Below, in pieces: positions 41,358 to 49,627 of a DNA stretch of 64,000 nt. How positions within the stretch are numbered: the stretch's first letter is position 1; each line of letters opens with the position of its first letter. The position numbers and the translations under genes were made by a program. Below the pieces are notes generated by a model that saw nothing but the letters and a program-made list of their open reading frames with translations, made no database searches and was not told the DNA's origin. Origin of the DNA: Candidatus Heimdallarchaeota archaeon (GTDB lineage: Archaea; Asgardarchaeota; Heimdallarchaeia; Hodarchaeales; Hodarchaeaceae); assembly GCA_020353515.1 (NCBI GenBank), contig CP070695.1, positions 4,593,414 to 4,657,413 of the forward strand. The letters are read 5' to 3'.

Positions 41358-42683
41358 TTGATCATGGCATTGCATCCTGTGCAGGTGATTGGTTTAATAA
41401 TATTTATTGGAACTTACATTTTAATCACGTCAGAGAAATTGCATAGACCGATTTCTGCTCTTCTAGGAGCAAGTGTCATATCCATTTTGTTGATAGTTAC
41501 CCAGTGGCCATACGAGGGACATGCGACAACTTTCCACACAATCGTTTCCCGTGTAGAATGGAATACTCTTCTTTTCATCACTGCAATGATGATTATTACG
41601 ATAATTTCTAGCCGATCAGGCCTTTTTCAATATATCAGCATCATCATTGTACGCTTTACAAAAGGGAATCCAAAGACTTTGTTGCTTTCATTATCCTTGC
41701 TAACTTTCATAATCAGTTTTGTCTTTGATGTCATCACTACAATGTTAATAATTGCACCTTTAACAGTTGAAATATATAAAATTCTAGAATTCGACTTTAG
41801 ACCAACTCTCATTGTGGAAGCAATTACAGCTAATTTTGCGTCAATTTCATCTTTGGTAGGAAGTATACCAAATATTGTTTTGGCAGATAAGAGCGGTGCA
41901 TTATTTCTTGACTTTGTAATAGTAATGGGGCCCCTTAGTCTTATTTTGTTACTAACAGCTCTACCCGTATACTATCTCACTGCAAAAAAGACATTTGTAG
42001 ATACCCCTATATCGTTGGTAAAGGAAATATTCTTATTAGACCCAAACATTCTCGTCGAAGATAAACGTACTTTCTATGTAGTAATTGTGGGATTGATTAT
42101 ATTGGTAATAGGATTCATTTTTGGAGGTATTGTGCAGTTAAAGGCAGCAGAGATTGCTTTATTAATTGCTTCAGGATTGTTACTGTTTTCAGGAATGCAC
42201 CCTAAAGACATTTTCAGGGATGTGGAGTGGATTTCAGTTTATTTTATTATTGGACTCTTTGTTCTTGTGGGTTCAATTGAAATCTTAGGATTACTTGACC
42301 TTTTGGGTGAAATCCTGACCCCATTTTTGGAACTCCCCTTATTCCTCTCACTACCATTTATTTCATTTGGAATAGGATTCACATCTGCTGTAGTTGACAA
42401 CATTCCTATTTCAGCAGCATTAGCTCCTGTATTTGCTGATCTCCAGGGGGCAGGAGTGATTGGTACTATCGAATGGTGGGCTTTAGTGATAGCTGTGAAC
42501 CTAGGTGGATATGTATTACCAATTGGCAGCCCTGCTAATATTCTAGCAATTAATCTTTCTAATCGAGAAGGGGCCACCATCACTTTCATGGAATTTCTCA
42601 AGATAGGGGCTCTATTAGGACTTCTTCATCTTCTAATCGGTACGATTTACTTGATTTTTCTTTCCACAATTGGTTTTTTTTAA
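41358..42683 (+). CDS. ArsB/NhaD/SLC13 (P-protein-like) ion transporter
   Basis: SRSGLFQY, LVGSIPNIV, SAVVDNIP, NLGGYVLPIGSPAN. Confidence 0.85.
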   Translation: MIMALHPVQVIGLIIFIGTYILITSEKLHRPISALLGASVISILLIVTQWPYEGHATTFHTIVSRVEWNTLLFITAMMIITIISSRSGLFQYISIIIVRFTKGNPKTLLLSLSLLTFIISFVFDVITTMLIIAPLTVEIYKILEFDFRPTLIVEAITANFASISSLVGSIPNIVLADKSGALFLDFVIVMGPLSLILLLTALPVYYLTAKKTFVDTPISLVKEIFLLDPNILVEDKRTFYVVIVGLIILVIGFIFGGIVQLKAAEIALLIASGLLLFSGMHPKDIFRDVEWISVYFIIGLFVLVGSIEILGLLDLLGEILTPFLELPLFLSLPFISFGIGFTSAVVDNIPISAALAPVFADLQGAGVIGTIEWWALVIAVNLGGYVLPIGSPANILAINLSNREGATITFMEFLKIGALLGLLHLLIGTIYLIFLSTIGFF

Positions 42684-42814
42684 TATCTAAACACTCTCAC
42701 TCTTGAATTATTTCTCTTGCATTTAATGACAGAATTATAAAAAGCCTTTTTGGTTAAAAATTTCTGTTTTTTCAGTAATAACTGCTTCATTGTGGATAGA
42801 AGGAAGGAAAAAGT

Positions 42815-43879
42815 TTGAGAAAAAACCTAAGAATCTTGATTGCACTCTGTTTATTCTCCTCTTTTAACATAATTTCTCAAGGATATTTTCAAATCTCATT
42901 TACATGGACAGAAACAATGGAGGGAGTAGAAGTTATTGCTTTTATAGCTGATGATTTTGATCGGGGAGAATTAAATTTTATTCAAAACTATTTAGAATCA
43001 TATGGATGTAATGTTACCATTGCAGGAATAAATAGAACTGTATCAGGAGTATCTACAGATATTTTAATATCCAATGTAAACATTACCCGCTATGATTGTA
43101 TATTAATCCCTGGAGGAGGAAGTCCCGCAAATTTAGTGGAACATGAAGAGGTTTTAGAAATTATTAGAACAGCCTATTCAGAAGGAATACTGTTAGCTGC
43201 TATCTGTCATGGTCCACTGGTCTTAGCTGAAGCTGGAGTGATTGACGGGAAAAATGTAACTGGTTATCAAGGAATCAGAGCAGATCTGGAATCTGCAGGT
43301 GGGAATTATGTGTCTGAAAGCGTTGTCATTGATGGATCAATAATTACAGCCAATGCGCCTTTTTTTCAAGAGATAAGCTTAGCTATTGCCACTGTTTTAG
43401 GTTATTATGAAACTGATCCACCAACAATAAAAAATTGCAGTTATGAAGTCTTAAGTGTAAATGAAGTCATAACTTATAATGTAACAGTCGAAACTACTGA
43501 TGAAACAGGTATCTATATGATCACAGCTTTTATCTATGAAGTTTCCGAGAATAAAGAACGATTATACCCCTATTTTACCACGTTTGGGATATTAGATGAT
43601 GAAAACGAAGATGGTATTTATAAACGGTCATTTATCTTAGACAAAGGATATTACTGTGTGGATATTGCGACTGTGGATGTTTTTGGAAACGAAGAGACTT
43701 ATTCAAATGCATTGTATATAACTCGGTTAATTGGGTCTTTGACTACATCAGAAAATAATTCCTCAGTAACAAAAACAACAGAAACAAGGGAAACTTCAAC
43801 AATTTTCCCTGAATTGATAATAATCTGGATATCATTAATTTCTCTTGTTTTTCATACACGAAAACGACGGGGAGTATGA
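42815..43879 (+). CDS. Exported DJ-1/PfpI family protein with C-terminal beta domain, Ser/Thr linker and membrane anchor
   Basis: Signal peptide; YDCILIPGG and AICHGP; TTETRETSTIFPE + hydrophobic helix + RKRR tail. Confidence 0.82.
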   Translation: MRKNLRILIALCLFSSFNIISQGYFQISFTWTETMEGVEVIAFIADDFDRGELNFIQNYLESYGCNVTIAGINRTVSGVSTDILISNVNITRYDCILIPGGGSPANLVEHEEVLEIIRTAYSEGILLAAICHGPLVLAEAGVIDGKNVTGYQGIRADLESAGGNYVSESVVIDGSIITANAPFFQEISLAIATVLGYYETDPPTIKNCSYEVLSVNEVITYNVTVETTDETGIYMITAFIYEVSENKERLYPYFTTFGILDDENEDGIYKRSFILDKGYYCVDIATVDVFGNEETYSNALYITRLIGSLTTSENNSSVTKTTETRETSTIFPELIIIWISLISLVFHTRKRRGV

Positions 43880-44093
43880 ACCCATCTATTGTATTAAGGC
43901 TTTTATATTGTTACACTTAGTTTCTTATTTTATTCGAAGGAAATGATGTTTTGATTGATCTAAACAACATTGAACTATCTAAATAGAATATACTTAAAAA
44001 ATCATTCAATTAAAGAATTTTAAAGCTGAAAGAAACTTTTTGCCAAAAAGATAGTCTATTTAAAGACTTAGTGTAATTTTAATACAGAACTAT

Positions 44094-44157
44094 AACTGTA
44101 ATAAACATCCATGAAACTGTAAAAAGAAGGTTCAAAATCCAACTACACATTTACAGT
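44094..44157. promoter_or_regulatory. Repeated ACTGTAA motif upstream of the ArsR-like gene (possible operator)
   Basis: AACTGTAA at 44094 and 44115 (21-bp spacing) and inverted TTACAGT at 44151. Confidence 0.3.
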
Positions 44158-44190
44158 GCTCATAGGATGACTAATTAGGAGTTAATTGTT

Positions 44191-44943
44191 TTGGATAATA
44201 ATAAAAAGGACCCTGAAGAACCTCAAAATGAAGTAGATGATGTTACAGACCTTAAAGAATCAATTCGTGAAATGAAACAAGAAATTCGGGAACAGATGAG
44301 GGAACTCAGGGAAGAACTTGGGGATTTTAAAGAGGATTTTCCACCACCACGACGTCCAAGAAAACCGAGACCACCACGACCTCCCCGAGGTGAAATTGGT
44401 ATTCGTATAGATAAGGAAGACTGGGAAGATTGGGGTGAACGCTTTGGTAAATCCTTCGAACATTATATTGGAGGGATCTTAGATTCAATAGGAGAGACCA
44501 TTGATCGGTCTGTAGGTTCCATTTTCCACCCTCCTTCTGCCCGACGTGAACGGCGCTGGAAAGGAAAGAGAAAGGAACCATTCTTTGTTCCTGAAGAAGA
44601 ATTAGAAGAATTTTATACAGAGGGATCGAAAATTGCAGCAGCCCTCTCTGATCAAACTCGTCTAAGAATGTTGAAAGAACTTGAAAAAGAACCCCTCAGA
44701 CAATCTGATCTCTCAGAAAAAACCAATACCCGTGGTGGGAACTTCAAGCATCACATCACTATCCTCAAAGATGAAGGACTTGTCCGACAAGAAGGAGTTC
44801 GTGAACGCTATATGCTTACTTATTCTGGGCGAGAAGCCCTAAAACTTGTGGAATTCTTGTATTCTCGTGGTAAGAAGCGTATTCCTATCCCAGTCTATGC
44901 CACTGATGAGGAAGAAGAAGATATTCTAGATGAGGAGGAATAA
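44191..44943 (+). CDS. ArsR/SmtB winged-helix regulator with long N-terminal helical/Pro-Arg region
   Basis: AALSDQTRLRMLKEL...GGNFKHHITILKDEGLV...YMLTYSG. Confidence 0.8.
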   Translation: MDNNKKDPEEPQNEVDDVTDLKESIREMKQEIREQMRELREELGDFKEDFPPPRRPRKPRPPRPPRGEIGIRIDKEDWEDWGERFGKSFEHYIGGILDSIGETIDRSVGSIFHPPSARRERRWKGKRKEPFFVPEEELEEFYTEGSKIAAALSDQTRLRMLKELEKEPLRQSDLSEKTNTRGGNFKHHITILKDEGLVRQEGVRERYMLTYSGREALKLVEFLYSRGKKRIPIPVYATDEEEEDILDEEE

Positions 44944-45628
44944 CTGCGTGAACACCATTCAATTAGGAGACATTCTCTATGATTGGTATGGAGAACCAGA
45001 AATCCTTTCAACTCCTTATTATAAAATAATTCTCACGAAACCTGCTAAAATAATGGAAATCACCACAGATTTACCATCAACCAACGGAATAGTCATTCTA
45101 GGGGATATAGAAGCGATAGTTGATTCAATTATGTACACCAAGTCTCATGGTGCAGTTGGTAATACAACTAATTTTTCAGGAACCAATTTGGTCATCTTAG
45201 GTCTTTCAATAGCTAATTTAGAAAGTTCTCTCAAGAAAAGTGACCTTCCAGATGAAGAGGATCAAAAATTCAAAAATCAGGCTGAAGCGATAATCTCGAA
45301 ATTTAAAAGACGAGTTGAAGACCCGAATATGAATATTTCACTTGATAATGAAGATGACGAATTTCATCATATGATTTTCGGTCGGAGAAACTTTTTCCTT
45401 ATTGGAGGTATTCATAGTAGGAAATTCGTTTTAATTCACAAAAAGCAGATCTCAATCCGTGAAGGAGAATATAAATTAGTCCAGATTGATCCAGTAGAAG
45501 GCATTACTATTGCTAAACGGGATAATGTTTTGAATATTGGTGGTACACGAAATAATCTAGGCTCATTAGTGGGGGAATTTGGTTTGAATATTGCCTCTTC
45601 AGTACTTGAACATCTACTCTGGGATTAA
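44930..45628 (+). CDS. Hypothetical protein coupled to the ArsR-like gene (possible start GTG 44948)
   Basis: Abuts the upstream stop; GAGGAGG RBS. Confidence 0.6.
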   Translation: MRRNNCVNTIQLGDILYDWYGEPEILSTPYYKIILTKPAKIMEITTDLPSTNGIVILGDIEAIVDSIMYTKSHGAVGNTTNFSGTNLVILGLSIANLESSLKKSDLPDEEDQKFKNQAEAIISKFKRRVEDPNMNISLDNEDDEFHHMIFGRRNFFLIGGIHSRKFVLIHKKQISIREGEYKLVQIDPVEGITIAKRDNVLNIGGTRNNLGSLVGEFGLNIASSVLEHLLWD

Positions 45629-45675
45629 TGTCCTATCTTTTTTTCTCACTTTTACCTAGGAGAGGGGTCTGAAGG

Positions 45676-46995
45676 CTAAATTGCCTTCATTTCACCAGAT
45701 TTAACCCCAAACATCATTATAAAAGCTATTACAAAACAAATAGAACTCACTGGGAACAGCAGAGAGAATGTACCAGCAGCAAATAAGTCAAAAATTAACC
45801 CAATAATTGCAGGACCAGCAACAGCAGCAGAACTACTGAATAGGTAATAAAGGCCAGTGTATGACCCCAACTTCTCATCAGTGGCGATTTCCCAGACAAT
45901 TACAATCGAATTAATATTAATTAAAGCCCACCCAATTCCTCCACAACCCATAATTATCATTGTTATGTAATACTGGAGTTGAGGAGTCAAACCTAGTATG
46001 TTAAATTGCCCAATAGCCATTGTACATATTAAAAAAAAGAGTAAAACTGGTAATCCAATCCTTATTGTATTTGCCCTTCCAATTTTTTGTCCAATATACC
46101 CAGCAGGGATAGCAAAAACTACAAAAACTAGCGCAAATAGCGTTAACATCAGACTTGCTGCTGCTTCTGCATCTTCAATTGCTGCTTCGGTCCCTGGTTC
46201 TGCAATATTCATTATATGAGGAACAATCGTCGTTGCCCAGCTTGTAAACCATGTTTCAAGAGCATTATATCCTAGGAACCAGAAGAATATAGCGATTAAT
46301 ACAAAAAGACATGATTTATCTTTGTCAGTAAGAACTTCTCTTATACTTGAAATAACTGAGACTTTAGGAACTGTGATCTCTTCAGTACTTTCACGAATTA
46401 CGACATCTTCGGGTTCCTTTACGAAACTCACAAGTAATATAAGTGCTATTATCATAATTAGCGCTGTACTTCCAAAAGCAACTACTGGATCAATTGAGTA
46501 GAGTATTGAACCAAAAAGAAAAGCGTAAACTGCTCCAAGACCACCCATCAGATTTATTACTCCGTTTGCTTTACTTCTCTGTTTTGATGGTATTACATCT
46601 GGCATCAGAGCAACCACAGGTGCCCGATAGAATGCCATCATTAGCAAGAAACAAATTATGGCAGCCATTAGAACGAGTAAAACATCTTTCACTAGTGGAA
46701 GTGATGTTAAAAAGAAAGCAGAGATAGGAACACCTATAATTAGAAATGGGATCCGCCGTCCCCATCGGGTTCTCGTCCGATCTGAGATTGATCCAACTAT
46801 AGGTTCCATAAATATCATTGCTAGGTTATCAAGTCCCATAATAGCCCCGACAACAACACGATCGGGAATGAAGCTGTTTAACCATAATGGAACATAACTG
46901 TTGTATAAAGCCCAACTGATTCCAGTTGTAAAAAATCCTAATCCTATCAAAAACGTCTTTGACCAATTTAGGCCTGAATCTTCACCCGAATGCAT
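45676..46995 (-). CDS. MFS transporter (SLC45/GPH maltose-type)
   Basis: GSISDRTRTRWGRRIPF, YRAPVVALMPD, ANGVINLMGG, WALININS. Confidence 0.88.
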   Translation of the reverse strand: MHSGEDSGLNWSKTFLIGLGFFTTGISWALYNSYVPLWLNSFIPDRVVVGAIMGLDNLAMIFMEPIVGSISDRTRTRWGRRIPFLIIGVPISAFFLTSLPLVKDVLLVLMAAIICFLLMMAFYRAPVVALMPDVIPSKQRSKANGVINLMGGLGAVYAFLFGSILYSIDPVVAFGSTALIMIIALILLVSFVKEPEDVVIRESTEEITVPKVSVISSIREVLTDKDKSCLFVLIAIFFWFLGYNALETWFTSWATTIVPHIMNIAEPGTEAAIEDAEAAASLMLTLFALVFVVFAIPAGYIGQKIGRANTIRIGLPVLLFFLICTMAIGQFNILGLTPQLQYYITMIIMGCGGIGWALININSIVIVWEIATDEKLGSYTGLYYLFSSSAAVAGPAIIGLIFDLFAAGTFSLLFPVSSICFVIAFIMMFGVKSGEMKAI

Positions 46996-47127
46996 AGTTT
47001 AACCTAAAGAAATGAGAGAGCATATTATTATTTCGTAGCTTTCAAGGTCAGAGAATAAGAGTTAGACCTGCATTTTGACTAGGAATTTCTTTGTTAAAAG
47101 TGTTCTTTTATCTCATTATGAGAATAA

Positions 47128-47601
47128 CTATTTGTGTGGAGTAACTGAAGCTGTAATTATATCTCGAATTTTCCCCCCTTCTGTTTTATCAGATTTTGCT
47201 AAGAAACGCTTCCAGTAATCAACCGGAACACCAATTAAATCAAATAATTCTTTCAAAATGATGTACATTTCAATGATTAAATCAGAATTATTTTTTAAGA
47301 TGGCTTCATCTCCAGGTCGGCGGAGAAAACTACGTATAGTAGTTAAAACATCTATTGCTACTTCATTCAATTTTACATTTTTATCTTGAGCTAAGGAAAT
47401 CTCTGTAAACTCATGTTCCTTAGCAAAATTCATAGTCTCAACATTTGCAGCTAAGACAGTAAAGCCATCTGTGTCACTTTTAATATAATGGAAGATAATA
47501 TCATCTTTAGGAACACGATTCATAAGAAAAGGACCTAATTGGGAAAAATTGATCTGTTTCATCTTGTCAAACGAGATTTGATAGTATTTCATTAACATCA
47601 A
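47128..47601 (-). CDS. Hypothetical protein
   Basis: 157-aa ORF, no motif recognised. Confidence 0.55.
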   Translation of the reverse strand: MMLMKYYQISFDKMKQINFSQLGPFLMNRVPKDDIIFHYIKSDTDGFTVLAANVETMNFAKEHEFTEISLAQDKNVKLNEVAIDVLTTIRSFLRRPGDEAILKNNSDLIIEMYIILKELFDLIGVPVDYWKRFLAKSDKTEGGKIRDIITASVTPHK

Positions 47602-47764
47602 CTAAGAAAAAAAGAAAGAAAGAGAGGTTAGGTGAGGTTGGATGAGTAACCTTTCAGTCACTTAGTACAACCTATAGATTAATTTCGTCACTAGTATATA
47701 AATATGCCGATAGACATAACCGTGCTAAAACACTGCGAATTATACTTAAAGAGTTCACACCTCT

Positions 47765-48517
47765 TTACAAGCTCGGAATCTTTCCCACTGGAGCGACATA
47801 TACAGTAAATTCATTTTCTCCATCAATCCCGAGTAATGTATCAACTTTATTCTGATTATAAAATCCGATTGCGCATGTTCCTGCATTTATTGCTGCACAA
47901 GCTAAGTACAAATTCTGACAAATATGACCTGCTTCTAATGCAATGAATTTGCTTGATAGAATTGAGTGTCTCCATTCCATTCGATAAGGAACTGCTACCC
48001 AACACAAAATAATTGCTCCGTTTACAGCAAAAGAGTATTGTTTATAACAAATTTTTTCCATTAAAGCTTCCATATCTTTTATATATTCTAAATAGCAAAG
48101 CTTATGACTAAGTGAAAGGTATCGGTAGAGGCCTTGTTCTAAACTTGTAACTCTATTTATGAAAAGATAAGTTTCAAACGGGTGTCTTCCCCCAGCTGAA
48201 GGAGTTGTTCGTTTGACCTGATTTTGAGTTACTTTTCTCACTCCTTGTGTACACCATAACAAAAATGATAATTCCTCAAGCGTTAAGGGATCTTTAACAT
48301 ATTTTCTATGACTCCTTCGCAATCTGATCACCTCCTTAAATGCAATATTCCCAACACTAATGTCTTCTGGAGAAATCAGATCTATTACTTTTGCCTCCTT
48401 AGGATAGTCTTTTTGTATTGGGGGTTGAGGAAGGTTCTTCTCTTGATCTGACTCAGGAAAATCCTTTGAATATCTGTCTTCATCCCATGCTTTAAGCACT
48501 TTTCTGAATTCGTTCAA
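47765..48517 (-). CDS. SagB/ThcOx-type nitroreductase-family flavoprotein
   Basis: RRSHRKY, LSFLLWCTQG, RTTPSAGGRHPFETY, EAGHICQNLYL. The likely start is TTG 48517 after AGGTGA. Confidence 0.88.
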   Translation of the reverse strand: MNEFRKVLKAWDEDRYSKDFPESDQEKNLPQPPIQKDYPKEAKVIDLISPEDISVGNIAFKEVIRLRRSHRKYVKDPLTLEELSFLLWCTQGVRKVTQNQVKRTTPSAGGRHPFETYLFINRVTSLEQGLYRYLSLSHKLCYLEYIKDMEALMEKICYKQYSFAVNGAIILCWVAVPYRMEWRHSILSSKFIALEAGHICQNLYLACAAINAGTCAIGFYNQNKVDTLLGIDGENEFTVYVAPVGKIPSL

Positions 48518-48563
48518 CTGATCACCTAAAGCTTTGGATAATTGAACTATTAGATTATTTATC

Positions 48564-49610
48564 CTAATGAGAGTATCCCTGCAGTTTTTGGGCACCCTTC
48601 TGTTCAAGTATCTTAATCTTGTTTAAGATGTCCACAACAACGAGTATTATTTGATTTCTTTCTTGATCTGATGAATCGGGTATTCTTTGTACGGTTTGGG
48701 AGATTTCTTCCCATTTCATACCTAGATTTTTGTAAAATTCACCCAAACTGTCCAAGGAAGGATAAAATTCTGCGGATTCTTCCAAAAATTGTGAATATAG
48801 GAGTCTAAACAGTCCCCCACCAGTTCCATAGTCTGAGATGAATCCTGCAATTTCATCACACCGTTCTTGGAGTTTTGGATTACTCATGATTGATAATTTT
48901 TCTAAATCTAGGACAAATTTTGTTATGGCATCAATCCCATTTGTTGTTCCGAAAATACGCATCATTCGACTTTTTTTCAAGATATTCTGACCATTCTTTT
49001 GAATAGCAATTAGGATAACATCCTTGGGATCTGGAACTTTTTCTGGAAATGAAAATTCATACATGAAATTTCGTGGATCCATCCAACGACTATATGAAGA
49101 ATTTCTCGCTCTAGCTAAATCATCTAATGAGATTTTTTGTAAATCAGGAAAATGAGTATCTGCAATTAAGACTTTAGAATTTTCAGGATTGTATCCTGCA
49201 ACCACAATCGCATGCTGTCCAAAGTGGAAACCCTTAGGTAATTGTTGATATGGTAAGTAAGCCATATCTACGTTGATTGCTGTAGGTATTCCATTCTCTA
49301 TCCGTTCTCTGAGTCGATGCCATCCCTCTTCCTTATTATTCGTCATGAATTTGTGTAATTCGATGTTCAATAGTTTACACAGATTATCTTCAAATCTATA
49401 TTGTCGTCCACCCATTATTGGATTCTCACTTCCAAGTTTTCCATACCCCAACCCCAAACCGCTGCCTAAACCAAAAATCATTGCCTCACTCATTGTTAAT
49501 CCGTGAAATTCAAAGACATCTCGAATGGCTGAGGAAGTACAATGTACACCAGGGACGTGACGAAAATTAGAGATAGGATAATTGTTTATATGTTTCGCAT
49601 TGCTAACCAT
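48564..49610 (-). CDS. BtrH_N/DUF4872 papain-like (Cys-His-Asp) protein
   Basis: HCTSSAIRD, SEAMIFGLGSGL, VDMAYLPY, FGQHAIVVAGY, IADT, GTGGGLFR. Confidence 0.82.
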   Translation of the reverse strand: MVSNAKHINNYPISNFRHVPGVHCTSSAIRDVFEFHGLTMSEAMIFGLGSGLGLGYGKLGSENPIMGGRQYRFEDNLCKLLNIELHKFMTNNKEEGWHRLRERIENGIPTAINVDMAYLPYQQLPKGFHFGQHAIVVAGYNPENSKVLIADTHFPDLQKISLDDLARARNSSYSRWMDPRNFMYEFSFPEKVPDPKDVILIAIQKNGQNILKKSRMMRIFGTTNGIDAITKFVLDLEKLSIMSNPKLQERCDEIAGFISDYGTGGGLFRLLYSQFLEESAEFYPSLDSLGEFYKNLGMKWEEISQTVQRIPDSSDQERNQIILVVVDILNKIKILEQKGAQKLQGYSH

Positions 49611-49627
49611 GATTATGAACTCCAGAG

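Noticed and set aside
47765-48517. SagB-like gene as a RiPP (azole) biosynthetic cluster
   Set aside because: No YcaO cyclodehydratase, E1-like protein or Cys/Ser-rich precursor peptide nearby; stand-alone SagB-type nitroreductases are common
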